Of a DNA stretch of 64,000 bases, positions 47,477 to 61,259 are shown one piece after another. The translations under genes were made by a program, and so were the position numbers. Within the stretch, counting starts at the first letter, position 1; each line of letters opens with the position of its first letter. The DNA is from Octopus sinensis (lineage: Eukaryota), in the NCBI RefSeq assembly GCF_006345805.1, contig NC_043004.1, positions 51,336,001-51,400,000 on the forward strand, given 5' to 3'. The notes under the pieces were generated by a model, which saw only the letters and a list, made by a program, of their open reading frames with translations, was not told the DNA's origin and did no database searches.

Positions 47477-47562
47477 TGAGTGTGTGTGTGTGCGTGTGTG
47501 GGTGCGTGTGTGTGTAATTCAAAATATAAAATATAATAAACAATAATAAACCATAATATAAA

Positions 47563-47915
47563 CATGGCTATGTGGTAAGAAGCTTGCTTCCGAAATACAT
47601 GGTTACGAGTTCAGTCCCAGTGCGTGGCACCCTGGGCAAGTGTCTGCTACTATAGCCTCGGACCGACCAAAGCCCTGTGAGTGGATTTGGCAGACGGAAA
47701 CCTTTCAGTTTCCGTCTACCAAATAAGAAGCCCGTCGTATATCTAAATGAATATATTTATGTGTTTGTCTTCTCACCGTCCTTGTAACTTAGCGTTTCAG
47801 CAAAAGAACCGATAAAATAAGTACTAGGCTTACAAAGAATAAGTCCTGGAGTCGATTTGTTCAACTAAAACCCTTCAAGGCGCTGCTCCAGTATGACCGC
47901 AGTCAAATGACTGAA
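47563..47915 (+). mobile_element. SINE family A, rearranged
   Basis: Family A head and tail with a short internal inversion near 47690-47720. Confidence 0.75.
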
Positions 47916-48334
47916 GTATGGAGTTGTGTCCTTGAGCAATACACTTTATTTCATGGGTTAAAATGAGTTGCACCTGTATTTCAATGTCACATTCTCTGTC
48001 CTGCTGAACTACATCAAAGGCACGCGTGTCTGCGGAGTACTCAGCCACTTGCACGTTAATCTCACGTGCAGCTGTTCAATTGATCGACTCAACTGGGACT
48101 CATCGTCCTCGTAACTGACGGAGTGCCAGTTTTTATATCGACTGCAGCACAACAGTTGGGTAAGGGATCACCTTGACCACCTTGATGATCAAGGTGATCC
48201 AGGGTCTGTTTCGTTTTTCATTGGCCCTAGCAGGACGCAGTCCTTCTGGATCAGGAGGACTGCGTCATCATCAAAATATTGTCGTATTTTGTATGCTGTG
48301 TATACCTGCCTTCCATTATCGTTTCTTTCCTCAT

Positions 48335-48552
48335 CTACTCTTTTACTCTTTTACTTGTTTCAGTCATGTGATTGTGGCCATGCAGGAGCACCGCCTTTAG
48401 TCGAGCAAATCGACCCCGGGACTTATTCTTTGTAAGCCCAGTACTTTTTCTATCGGTCTCCTTTTGCCGAACCGCTAAGTAACGGGGACATAAACACACC
48501 AGCATCGGTTGTCAATCAATGCTAGGGGGACAAACCCAGACACACAAACACG

Positions 48553-48589
<37 letters not shown>

Positions 48590-48960
48590 GACAGGCTTCT
48601 TTCAGTTTCCGTCTACCAAATCCACTCACAAGGCAATGGTCGGCCCGGGGCTATAGCAGAAGACACTTGCCCAAGATGCCACGCTGTGGGACTGAACCCG
48701 GAATCATGTGGTTGGTTAGCAAGCTACTTACCACACAGCCACTCCTGCGCCTTGTTCAAAGCATTTTCATAATCGCTTCACAATCGATGCTGGTGTGTTT
48801 ATGTCCCCGTCACTTAGCGGTTCGGCAAAAGGGACGATAAAATAAGTACTGGGCTTACAAAGAATAAGTCCCGGGGTCGAGTTGCTCGATTAAAGGTGGT
48901 ACTCCAGCATGGCCGCAGTCAAATGACTGAAGCAAGTAAAAGAGTAGAGAGAGTAAAGAG
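48335..48960. mobile_element. SINE family A (-, 48335-48750) and a family A 3' half (+, 48785-48960)
   Basis: Both match family A. Confidence 0.88.
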
Positions 48961-49383
48961 TATACGTACATACATTTTTACATACAGCCTCACATTCAAA
49001 ACTTTAAACACAACGAACTCACACGCACCCACACCTCCACGGTCATTAACACACACACATCCACGCTTCAAACACTAATAAACAAACCCAAACACACATG
49101 CAGACTCATGTAAACACATTCATACACGTACCAACTGCACACCCATTAACCTCCTACATATTCACACACATTTAGACTCGCATGTACGCACGCACGCACA
49201 TGCGCGCGCACACAAACACACACACACACACACACGCACACAGATGCTCATACACATACGCATACGTACATAAATGCTTCTATGTGTGCAACCAATTATG
49301 ATAGTGCTATGCCCACTTGAGATGTATGTGTATGTATGAGTGTAACAGTGAGAATCTGAGTGCGTGTATGTGTGTGTGTGTGC

Positions 49384-49430
<47 letters not shown>

Positions 49431-49637
49431 TGGTCGTGAGTGTAGCACTTCACAATTTTATGTACAAAATAAATTACACTTGCATACATACATACATACA
49501 TACATACATACATACATACATACATACATACATACATACATACATACATACATACATACATACATACATGCATGCATACATACATACATACACACACACA
49601 CATACATTGAAGGGTTAAATATACACTTATATATATA

Positions 49638-50379
49638 CTAGCTTTAGGTGACCCACTCTACGCGTGGGTGAGGGTGTGGTTGTTACTTTCTGTTGCTTCC
49701 TTTCTGTTTCTTATCGCCACATTCTCCCTCTTTGTTTCTCTCTCCTTTCTCATTTTCCCACTCTCATACTCTTCCTTTCTCTCGGACTTTCCCTCGCTTT
49801 CTCTTACTCTTTATCTTTCTCTATCTATCTCTCTGCGATATATATAAAAAATTTGATTTCCGCGTTTAAATTACAAATCCGCTTCCACTTTACCATGTTG
49901 AAAATTTGATTGAAATCGGGCAAAAGGTGTCCGATCTAGACCACCAAGTGTCCCCCAAAATCAATAAAATCCAAGTTTTCACACCAAAGCAACCACTGTA
50001 GAGCCACAAAACGTCTCCCAATCAATTTCCCCCCTCAAGTTACCCCCTCCTGTAAATTTGAATCCCCTTCCAGCCCCATCTAGACCCCTTTTTACATAAA
50101 AATCCAATTTGTGCCTACGTTCGCCTTCTTCATTTTATAGATAGGATTAAATGCCAATCGCGCCTATATGGAGGGGCTTAGAGCCCCCTTGAATCTTCTC
50201 ACCATAGCAACCGCAAATTTCCAGATGGCGAGTTTTAACCTACTCAACTCTCTGCCTCATCACGTCTTCTATGCTTGTGTCAATTTTCAGCTCGATCTGA
50301 CCACTGGTGTGGCAGCCAACCGCTGACGTAGCAAAACGTGCACACAATTTTGACCCAAAGCCTCTTTTATATATATAGA
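49638..50379 (-). mobile_element. Non-autonomous Helitron (family H3)
   Basis: Minus-strand A|TC start (50380/50379), CCCAC...GTGGG hairpin at 49652-49668, CTAG|T end. Confidence 0.75.
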
Positions 50380-50380
50380 T

Positions 50381-50896
50381 AGCAGAGAAACCCGGTCTTG
50401 CTCGGGATTAAAATAGTTTATCATTATTTTATTTCTTTCGGTTTTATAACTCGATTTCATTCGGGTCTACACGGGCCACACTTTAAAGATGATGAATTTT
50501 GCCCTAGAGGCCACACCTTTCAATTGAGCAAACTCGCCAGGGCTTTTAACATAGGTGTGCACATTTTCAATTGAATCCTACCATATATACTAACACTTTT
50601 ATCTGTATAACTGCTTGTGAGACAACGTCTGCCCTTTTCACAAATATGTAGTAGACCTACGGAGATACCCAACCTTACTTGGGATTAAAATGGCATAGTT
50701 TTTCATTGTTTTACTTGTTTGGTTACTATAAGCCGATTTCTTTTGGGTGTAATCGGGTCACATTTTAAAAGATGAGGAATTTTCTCCAAGAGGTCACGCC
50801 TTTCATTTGAGGAAAAAAATAGTTGCCATGCAAACTCACCAGCACTTTTAACATAGATGTGCATATTTTCAGCTCAACCGACCACATAATGCACAC

Positions 50897-50900
<4 letters not shown>
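50381..50900 (-). mobile_element. Two tandem Helitron-like 3' segments
   Basis: Units at ~50381-50620 and ~50650-50900 are mutually similar, each with a ccc...ggg hairpin before attaaaat. Confidence 0.45.
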
Positions 50901-50945
<45 letters not shown>

Positions 50946-51020
50946 GCATTAAATATGTATATGTACATATATACGCATTATATGTGTGTGTGTGTCCGCA
51001 TTATATATACAAATGTATAC

Positions 51021-51058
<38 letters not shown>

Positions 51059-51403
51059 AGAATTATATATAACAAGAGCACTATGAAGTACCAGCTTTGC
51101 TAAAAATAGTGATATTTGCAGAGGTAAGACGCAATTCTTATTCACTTAGTTTTTTTTACAACCTTGCCTGTGAAAATCTAGTGTTAATTTTTGTGACTCC
51201 TATTTCTATCAAAGCTTGTGCTTCATAGCGCTTTTGTTATATATATAATTCTTATATATATATCTATATATAAAGGCGGTGCTCCAGCATGGCCGCAGTC
51301 AAATGACTGAAACAAGTAAAAGAGAGTAAAAGAGTATATCAGAGGCGACTTCAGGTCATCAGCGTTACTCGGGCTCATCACAGACTTCGCAGAAGATACA
51401 TAC

Positions 51404-51488
51404 CTGCTCGAAGAATTTCACATTTTTCCGAAATATTTCGAGCCCCAAATGGCTTTTTTTTTATATCTAGCCCTATGTTTTTCTCCAT
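51404..51488 (-). CDS. Candidate coding exon (MEKNIGLDIKKKPFGARNISEKCEILRA)
   Basis: ATG followed by an open frame ending at a strong donor CAG|GTATGT in non-repeat sequence. Confidence 0.2.
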
Positions 51489-52116
51489 TTCTAAGTTAAG
51501 GGTAAAAATAAAACAACCCTGCGAAACACAACTGATCTTTACACACAGACACACAGAATAACAGCTATCAAATAACGACAGCAGAGTGCACAACAGCCAT
51601 CGGCGATCTGATTGTCGCCTGTACTCTTGACAAGAGATGCCAGTTAGTCTTTTACACCTCCAGGCTCGTTCATATTAGCCCGAATGGCTGGATAGTTTTT
51701 CGCTCCTTTAAGAATATTGTACAACGGAAACTTGTCACAGATTGGAATTTAAATCCTAATCTCTACAGAAATTTATTGTTTCAAGAAAACATTGAATTTG
51801 AATTACTTTTAATTTTTACGATTATAGATAAAAGCTCAGACTGTAACTTCTGAGTCCGAGTTAGGCGCGTGTGAACGATGCCGAGAGAACGTCTGCTACG
51901 AATGATATTTTTTGACACAGGGCACCTCTAAGACGAACACTGAACAAAATAAATGAATGCAACTAGGCTCAATAAAAGGAGCCCAGTTTATTGGCTGCAA
52001 TTACATATCTGAAGTCAGTGTTGGCAGAAATTAAATCAGCTTCCAAATACACGTTTATTTTATAAAATTTATACTCGGGCTAAGCCCGAACAGCCCTACT
52101 GTCGGAGTCACCACTG

Positions 52117-52174
<58 letters not shown>

Positions 52175-52176
<2 letters not shown>

Positions 52177-52544
52177 TATTCTTTTACATGCTTCAGTCAT
52201 TTGACTGCGGTTACACTGGAGCAGCGCCTTGAAGGGTTTTTAGTCGAACAAATCGACCCCAGGACTTATTCTTTGTAAGCCTAGTACTTATTCAATCGGT
52301 TCTTTTGCTGAATCACTAAGTTACAAGGCCGTAAGCACACCAACATTGGTTATCAAGTTATTGTGAATGGACAAACACATAAATATATTTATATAGATAT
52401 ACGACAGGTTTCTTTCAGGTTCCATCTACCAAATCCACTCACAGGGCTTTGGCCAGTCCGAGGCTATTGTTGAAGACACTTGCCCAAGGTGCCACGCATT
52501 GAGACTGAACCCGGAACCATGTGTTTGGGAAGCAAGCTTCTTAC

Positions 52545-52545
<1 letters not shown>
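52175..52545 (-). mobile_element. SINE family A, diverged
   Basis: Family A tail to head. Confidence 0.8.
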
Positions 52546-52578
<33 letters not shown>

Positions 52579-52607
52579 ACACACACACACACACACAATC
52601 TATGGAT

Positions 52608-54640
52608 GCAACTACCATCCCATAGCATACCTAAACATAATCTGGAAGATACTCACTGGAATATGTGCGGTGAAGACAAACGCTTTCCTGGCACAGGAAG
52701 AAATACTACTAAGGGAACAAAAAGGATGCAGAAAGAGTTCTCAGGGTAGCAAGGATCACCCGGTCATCGATAAAACAGTTTTGAGGCATTGTAAAAACCA
52801 TCATACAAATATGTCTATAGCTTGGATTGACTTTAAGAAGGCAAATGATGTTTCCTCATTCTTGGATCGTTGAATGCCGGCAGATGTTTGGTGTTCCTGA
52901 CAACATCACAAATTTTCTGATGCATAGCATGAAAGAGAGGAAAACCAAATTGTACTGAAGTAATGTATTCCTTGGAGAAGTTAAAAGGGAAATCTTCCAA
53001 ATGACTCGTTTTCTCCGTTACTTTTTGTAATTGCACTAATACCCATAACAATGACACTTAGGAAAGTTAAGATGGGTTACCGATGTGGGAAGGAAGGCCC
53101 ATCATTGAAACATCTTCTGTTTATGGATGACCTGAAATTGGTTGAGAAATATGAAAAACAGATAGATTCTTTAACCAAAACAGTCCAGAAGTGTGGTAGG
53201 GACATCGGTATGGAATTTGGGATCACCAAATGCTCAGTACTTAATATAAAAAGAGGGAAGAAAGCAGCCTGCAGAGGATTGCGGTTACTATCTGGAGATT
53301 ATCCGATGGTAGTGGGTATAGATACTCAGGGATTTTGGAGCTGAATGACATTTTACACAGAGAAGTGAAAGTCAAGGTAAGCGAGGCGTATCAAAAAAGA
53401 GTGAAGATGGTTTTGAAATCCAACCTGAATGCCAAAGATTTGATTACTGCAATGAATATCTTGACAGTTGTGGTGGTCAGATATCGTGCGTCCACTCTCA
53501 AATGGACTAAGGAGGAAATATCAACAATGGATAGAAGGACGAGAAAGTTGATGACACTGCATGGGGCGCCACACTCTAAAGCAAACGTAAACGGACTATA
53601 TAGGAAAAGAAAGAATGGTAGCAGAGGACTAATTAGCATAGACCATTGTATAAGGAGTGAAAGGAGAACGCTTGCCGAGTATTTGATAAATAGTGATGAA
53701 GACCTGTTGAAATATGCCGCGAAAGATATGGGTTTAAATGCAGGTGAAATGATGGACAAGGCAGAGTTTAACCAAAGAGCTGAGGAGAAGAGAAAAGAAG
53801 ACCTTCTTGAAATGAGAATGCATGGACAGATTGAAAGGAATACACAAGACGTTAATGATGATACAGCATCGTGGGCTGGCTTGAGCGAGGTGATTTGAAG
53901 CCTGATTTTTGCTGCACAAGACCAGACTCTCGCTATCAATTCTGACAGTCAGAAATGCAGACTGTGTGGAACGAGTGTAGAAAATGTGACCCACTTGGTA
54001 AGTGGATGTGAGAGCCTTGCACAAATAGAATACAAACGCCGCCACGATAAAGTGTGTGTGTGTATCTTCATTGGTTCTTATGCCGTAAATACCAGTATGA
54101 AGTAACAGAGAACTGGTATGAGCATGTATCGAGTAAAGCTATGCAGGAGGAAGGAAAAATAACGATACTCTGGGACAACGATTTTCAGACGGATCGTATT
54201 TAATTGAACACCGTCGGACGGATATTGTCATATTGAATAAGAGAGACAAATACTGTCAGATCATTGATGTAGCCATACCAAATGACATGAATGAGTAAAG
54301 AGGTTGAAAAACTCACCAAGTACTCCGAAATGAAAGTGGAAATGGCAAGATTGTATGGAATGCGAGAGGGTAATGTAGAGACCAGTGGTGATCGGAGCGT
54401 TGGGCTCAATGGGCTCAATCCCATTGCAACTTCAAGACGTCTTAAGGCAACTGGAAATCCCATACAAGATTAATGTCTTGCAAAAAGCAGCCTTATTTGG
54501 CACATCTTAAAGAAATTGTTATCTGCCTGAGGTCCTTGTGACTTGATAGATGACTAAAGACCCCGGTGCATTTTTACTTACACTGTGTTACGAAGGAAAA
54601 ATAACAACAGCAACAACAACAACAACAACAACAATAATGC

Positions 54641-54690
<50 letters not shown>
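52608..54690 (+). mobile_element. Decayed Dong/R4-clade LINE (RT plus RLE), ending in (AAC)n(AAT)n
   Basis: NYHPIAYLNIIWK, AWIDFKKAND, HLLFMDDLKL, AAQDQ, CRLC...HLVSGC, RRHDKV and DIVI...IIDVAIP motifs; many frameshifts. Confidence 0.9.
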
Positions 54691-54691
<1 letters not shown>

Positions 54692-54884
54692 GGCCTGAAA
54701 TTTGGGGGTTGGGGGACTAGTCGATTACATCGACCCCAGTGTGTAACTGGCGCTTAATTTATCGACCCCGAAAGGATGAAAGGCAAAGTCGACCCTGGCG
54801 GAATTTGAATTCAGAACTAAGCGGCAGACGAAATACAGCTAAGTATTTCGCCCGGCGTGTAAACAATTCTGCTAGCTCACCGCT

Positions 54885-54887
<3 letters not shown>
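54690..54887 (-). mobile_element. SINE family B variant inserted in (AAT)n
   Basis: Family B head and central motif on the minus strand, flanked by aat repeats. Confidence 0.8.
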
Positions 54888-54936
<49 letters not shown>

Positions 54937-54959
54937 CAACAACAACAACAACAACAATA

Positions 54960-55337
54960 GACCACAATATAGCGGCGAAAGAATTTGACAAGATCAGTAA
55001 ATATAAAGACTTGCTAATAGAAATTTAGAAATTGAAAAAATGTGGCATCTCAAGGCGACTACAATACTAGTGATTGTAGGATCTCTAGGAATGATAAAAA
55101 AAAGGTACTGAAACCTACAGGAAGTGCAAAAAATCGTGTTGACTGGAACGACTCAGGTATTGAGCATTATCGCTGTGAAAACAACATCCATTCATAAATT
55201 TATTTATTTAAATACATATTTTACCTGTGAATTTGCGTGAGTAATCTGGGAATGCATACAATGAGCTTCTCTGCTCTAGGTGTACGAAAACATTCGGCGA
55301 GAAACGGAAGAAAATTTGAAGAAAGAAGGGAATAATA

Positions 55338-55395
<58 letters not shown>
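54960..55395 (+). mobile_element. Dong/R4-clade 3' fragment followed by (AAT)n
   Basis: KEFDKISKYKDLLIEI...KMWHLKATTILVIVGSLGMI. Confidence 0.7.
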
Positions 55396-55398
<3 letters not shown>

Positions 55399-55635
55399 TA
55401 TATAGTTATTTACTTCCATTTGTTTATTTATCTGTGTATTTTATTTTATTTTATTATGTTTTCAGTTTTGATTATTTTGTAACCAGTTTATGGGGATCTT
55501 CTGTCATATGCTGTGGTGTGTGCTAGTGTTCCATTCCAGTTTCCTATTCAGGCTAGGTTTATCTTCTATTATGTGTGTAGCTTCCATAATTTGTCTGATT
55601 GTTGCGTCTGTTCTATGAGTGGACAAAATTTTAAC

Positions 55636-55696
<61 letters not shown>

Positions 55697-55698
<2 letters not shown>

Positions 55699-56113
55699 CG
55701 CAGGAGTGGCTGTGTGGTAAGTAGCTTACTAACCAACCACATAGTTCCGGGTTCAGTCCCACTGCGTGGCATCTTGGGCAAGTGTCTTCTGCTATAGCCC
55801 CGGGCCAACCAATGCCTTGTGAGTGGATTTGGTAGACGGAAACTGAAAGAAGCCTGTCGTATATATGTATATATATAAGTGTGTGCGTATATGTTTGTAT
55901 GTTTGTGTGTTTGTCCCCCTAGCATCGCTTGACAACCGATGCTGGTGTGTTTACGTCCCCGTCACTTAGCGGTTCGGCAAAAGAGACCGATAGAATAAGT
56001 ACTGGGCTTACAAAGAATAAGTCCCGGGGTTGATTTGCTCGACTAAAGGCGGTGCTCCAGCATGGCCGCAGTCAAATGACTGAAACAAGTAAAAGAGTAA
56101 AAGAGTAAAGAGT
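55697..56113 (+). mobile_element. SINE family A, near consensus, inserted in (TA)n
   Basis: Full length with A and B boxes and an aagagta tail. Confidence 0.92.
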
Positions 56114-56124
56114 ATATATATATA

Positions 56125-56649
56125 TACAGTACAGTACTGTTTCTACTTCGCGAATATTCACCTATCGCGGTGGGTTTGGAACGTAACACCCGCAATAGTG
56201 AAGGGATTACTTTACAGATCACAACAATCTCATGAACCTACGTTCACGAGGAGTGCTTCGCTCTCCGATGGTCGTGAAAAAAAATCGCAAATAACTGTAC
56301 ATAGTATATACTCTTATGCCATGAGGAAAATTGTACAATTTTGAAAAATATTGTACACTAGTTGATATAGAAAGTTAGCACAAATTAGCATAAGTTACTC
56401 AGAGACGTCATCGACTTGAAAGACAATATCCAAATTAGTGTTACTATATTTAATTATTTCTAACAAAGGTATACATATGAGGTAGAGTACTGGTAGATTA
56501 AGTCGCCGCTAATACTCAATCAGAAATAATTTTATCAATCTCTGAAGGAGGAAAAGCAAAGTCAGCCTGATTGCACATCGACCCGTCAGACATAGATATC
56601 TATTCTACTATAATAATCAATAATCTTTACAGCTTAAAAAAAAAAAAAA
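56125..56649 (+). repeat. Duplicate of 30935-31457 (tRNA-Ile 3' flank without the tRNA)
   Basis: Near-identical sequence ending at the same poly(A). Confidence 0.9.
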
Positions 56650-56689
56650 TAATAATGATAATAAGAAAACTATAATTTAGGTTTTTGCA

Positions 56690-59320
56690 GTCATTTTCGT
56701 TCGTTTGTCATTCATTTTGTTAATCGGGTCATCCGAAATCGCGAAAAAGATTAGCGCCATGAAGCTAGACATTCAAATTCGTTTTCCGATCTCAGTTTCG
56801 CACTTCGGTCAAAGAATTTAGTATTTACATCATTCAAATTCAAATACCCATCGAGAGCATTCAAATTAGTCGGAATGCGAAGAAGCGTCTTTTCGAGCAT
56901 TCAAATTCGGAATAAGTTTATTCAATTTAGAACCATTTTTACATGTCTGTTTTTACTCACATTCTAAGAAGTGAATGTTAAAATGACAAATTTAAATGAC
57001 ATGTTTTGTCATGGAAATTTTATTATGTTGTTATGGGTACAAAGAAGAAATAAATTACGTGATTCTTTTGTCCACTAAAGTCTCTTTCATTGTAACATTC
57101 ATAACCGGTCGGTACCAGTTGCATTTTATATCCTTTTCTCTGAGACCAACTTGGAGACACGCGTAAGGTAGATGCTTATATCAGATGAAAATATGACAAG
57201 GCTGGTTGGCGCCCTCGAGGGACATCAAACCGATTACCTGTAACTGGCAGACACACTTGGTATTAAAAGGGGTACTGCCCGATCCATAGTTGCGATCTAC
57301 CTATGGTCTGAGAGGCGCCACAAGTTGCCTAGAAGAGGTGCCCACCACGTTAAGGTTCACGAGGAAATGCGAGCCAGGTGGCGAGCTGGCAGAAACGTTA
57401 GCACGCCGGGCGAAATGCTAAGCGGCATTTCGTCTGCCGTTACGCCCTGAGTTCAAATTCCGCCGAGGTCGACTTTGCCTTCCATCCTTTCGGGGTCGAT
57501 TAAATAAGTACCAATTACGCACTGGGGTCGATATAATCGACTTAATCCGTTTGTCTGTCCTTGCTTGTCCTTTCTGTGTTTAGTCCCTTGTGGGTAGTAA
57601 AGAAATAGGTATTTCGTCTGCCGTTACGTTCTGAGTTCAAATTCCGCCGAGGTCGACTTTGCCTTTCATTCTTTCGGGGTCGATTAAAAAAGTACCAGTT
57701 ACGCACTGGAGTCGATCTAATCGACTTAATCTTTTTGTCTGTCCTTGTTTGTCCCCTCTATGTTTAGACCCTTGTAGGCAATAAAGAAATAAGAAATGCG
57801 AGCCAGGCTTCAGGTGATTATTGATGCCAACCCACTCGCAACCCTTCAACAGATGAAGAGAGAATTAGAGGCAACATTGCCTGGAAAGCCGCCTATTTCC
57901 GTGTCTGCAATCTCACGGGCTCTAGATAGGATGTTAATAACTATGAGGTTGGCCGATGACGTCCCAGATACAAGAAATTCCCCCAGAATCTGGAAAAGCG
58001 TTATGAGTACGCGCGTTGGTTCATGGAAGAGGGAGTCGTCGGCCATTGCGTATTCATTGAGGAATTTGGACCGAGTGGTCTTTTGGACTAGCTCCTCAAA
58101 GCGTTCCTGTTCGCCAAGTTGTCAACCGTCTGTGTGGAAAAAACTGTAACTTCACTTTCTCGGTGTCGGGAGAAATCGGCCTGGTTCATCACTCCATTGC
58201 GAACGATACCGTAATAAGAAACTCTTTCGAGTTCATGGCGGAAGCAGTTCGAGCATGTGCCGACATGTTCCCAGCGTCTACTTGATTTACGACAACGCGC
58301 GGCCACACGTTCGTGCCGAGCTCCCAGCTGAAGCAGACCCACGGATCAGTCCGAAACTCCTGCCTCCCAATTCGCCCGTTTCTTAATTGTAGGGAAATGG
58401 CGCATTCTGCCTTTAAGGCGACTATTAAAGCAGGACCTCGCTCGAGCTGAGTTGCAGCAAAGGATTGGCGACCGGGCAGCTACAGAAGAACCCGGCACGA
58501 TCATGGAAGAATGACGAGCACATGTCATACAATAGGTTGCAATGCGCAACATCGACGCTATCACTCCAGAACATTGTGTTCGTTGGTATAGACACAGCCA
58601 GACCTACCTCCCGAGATGCCTCGACCGCTAGGAAATAGACGGCTAAATCCTCTCCAACGAACTCTCCTTATCAAGACTGTAAATCAATAATTATCTGAGT
58701 GTACATAGCACCTTTTCCCCGATGAAAGAAAAAAGGCAAAATCAAAGAAAATGTATACTTTTCCTAACAAGATATATTGCGCAATGGAAGAACACATATC
58801 ATAACATAATGTATTCAAAATCAAAGAAAATGAGCAATAGTTTTATTATGAGTTTCTTTTAAAACAACGAAAAGACTGGAATGCGATTTCATGAAGTGTA
58901 TAACAATAAATACATGTACCTATGCAAAAAAAAAAAAAAAAAAAGAATATGTAGATAAGACTTGAGCACGATAGAGTGCTTGAAGTATAAACAATGGATG
59001 AACACACATGATTATGATAATAATAATCATGAGATAAAACCAAAACACATATCGTGATATTTTGATTGCTCGAAATGTTAAATAGATTGCTCCGAAACGA
59101 ATTTGAATGCTCGAAAAGACGCTTCCTCGCATTTCGACTAATTTGAATGCTCTCGACGGACATTTTGATTTGAATAATGTAAATGCTAAATTCTTTGACC
59201 GAAGTGCGAAACTGTATAGTCGAAAAACGAATTTGAATGACTAACTTCATGGCGCTAATTTTTTTCGCGACTTTGAATGACCCAATTATCAAATTGAATG
59301 ATAAACGAACGAAAATGACC
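56690..59320 (+). mobile_element. Decayed Tc1/IS630-type DNA transposon with ~220-bp TIRs
   Basis: 56690-56910 is the reverse complement of ~59100-59320. Transposase remnant ~57172-58630 shows an N-terminal HTH-like region, VFIEEFG, YDNARPH (D at 58291) and LPPNSP.FLNCRE (E at 58394). TSD not found. Confidence 0.8.
57379..57792 (+). mobile_element. Dimeric SINE family B inserted in the transposase
   Basis: TSD gaaatgcgagccagg at 57364-57378 and 57793-57807; a second, head-truncated unit starts at ~57608. Confidence 0.9.
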
Positions 59321-59329
59321 TTCGATCAT

Positions 59330-59759
59330 TACACTTATCAAAGGACAAGAAGTTAGAAGACAGTAGATCAGATTTTACAATCGTTGCTTGGGAAAACCCA
59401 TCATAACCGTTTGATTTCAGGATCGTAAAGAAAGAGGAAGAAAAACAAAGAAATAACAATCCCTTAAAATTTGAGATAGAGAGAATTTTGAACTTGCGAA
59501 CAGTAAAGGTCGTGCCTATTAATAATTGATGCTTTGGGAACAGTAAGCCAATATATAGACAAATGGCTGAAGGAGAGTGAAATAGAAAGCCCAGAGGAGA
59601 TCCTACAGAATGTTTGCCTCCTAGGGACAGCAAATATTATCAGGAAGGTTCTAAGCACTTAAAAGACTGCCGAAGACGTGTGGATACCAAAGGTTACAGG
59701 TAGTAACCCGCTACCCACAAAAATCCTACAAAGAATAAGGCCGGACTTGAGCCAAAATA

Positions 59760-59790
<31 letters not shown>
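59330..59790 (+). mobile_element. Dong/R4-clade 3' fragment followed by (AAT)n
   Basis: DKKLEDSRSDFTIV...LKFEIERI...DALGTV...LQNVCLLGTANIIRKVLST*, then ggacttgagcc and (aat)n. Confidence 0.7.
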
Positions 59791-59792
<2 letters not shown>

Positions 59793-60384
59793 TAATAACA
59801 AATGCCCTGATACAGTACCAGACAGTGGTTCCCATGGCTTCTGATCGTAACTGATTGGAAGTGTTATCATGTACATTGTTTTGTCTTGGTACAAAAGATG
59901 GGCTACAGCAAATATTCTGCTCAATACCACAGATTTGCTTATCAGTTGTTTGACCTTAACCAGTTGAGCATGTCCCTTAGTGGCTGACAATATATGCATC
60001 TCTGATCACGAGCAGAAGTAGTGGGGGAGCATCATAGCTGTGTGTTGAGAGGGATTCTTTGGGGTTTGAATAATTCACCTCTGGAAACATGGGTGTTTCG
60101 TTCAACATCCTTAAACAGCCCTTATTGAGGGAACTTTTGAGCGAGATGGGTTACTTGACCACAAGATAATTCTAACTGGGCCCCACCTACAAGGTCATGT
60201 GCTGTTTATGTTGATATGAGATCATCATGTCGCGCACATATGGTTGTGATGCATGTGCCTCGTGTACCCTTATCAGACGAGTAGTCATGATGGGTACACT
60301 GGGCTTCGTATATTTTATCGCAGTGTCACTTTGATGGCATGCACTGCTCTCTCACTCAATAATAATAGCAACAACAACAACAAC

Positions 60385-60757
60385 AACATGAGCACTTAGA
60401 GAACGCAAACTTCCGCCAAGGCAACACCAACCTCCTCTCAACGATTAGCCAGAGATGATTTTTAAAATGGAAATATCTGAAATAAACTCGACTGCTCTCA
60501 CAAAAGAGAATACTAAAAGTTAACCCGACCGCTCTCAAAAATTAAGTAAAAAACAGGAAAAATAATCCAGAATCCTTGTCCAGTACCAGATCGATCCCAA
60601 AATCTAATCAGTTTGTGCCAGTTAAGAGGCCAAACATTCCTAAAAGTTTCATCCGAATTCATCAAGTGGTTTTTGAGATATCTTGTCCACAGTCAAACAA
60701 ACAAACAAGCAAGCACGACTGAAACAGTACCTCCGCCTTCGCTAAGGTGGAAGTAAT
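60385..60757. mobile_element. Possible Helentron/HINE-like non-autonomous element
   Basis: cttccgccaagg near the start, terminal palindrome acctccgccttcgctaaggtggaagt, and an internal (CAAA)n tract. Confidence 0.3.
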
Positions 60758-61259
60758 GATGATAAGTTCTACTCATGAATTTTTAAATGAATATCATGAG
60801 TCCTTTTGGTTTTCTCTTTTCTTAAATGCTGGTCTTCCTTTAGTAATCCTGTTGCTTTAGATCGATGTATAGAATTATGTATATATGTAAGTATACTGTA
60901 AAGTGTTAAAATGTATGTATAATCTAATATAATAATGGGCGTTGTCTATTTTATATATTTGTATATATATGTATATATGTGTGTGTTTGTGTGTGTAGAT
61001 ATGCATATACATACATATACACATATACATGTATATTTGTATATATATATACATATATATATATATTTGTGTGTGTATATATATATATATACACATACAT
61101 ATACATACATATACACATATACATACATATATATATGCATATATATAATATATATATATACATATATATATGTATATATATATACATATACACATATACA
61201 TACATATATATATATATATATATTTGTGGATGTGTGTATATATATATATACATATATAA

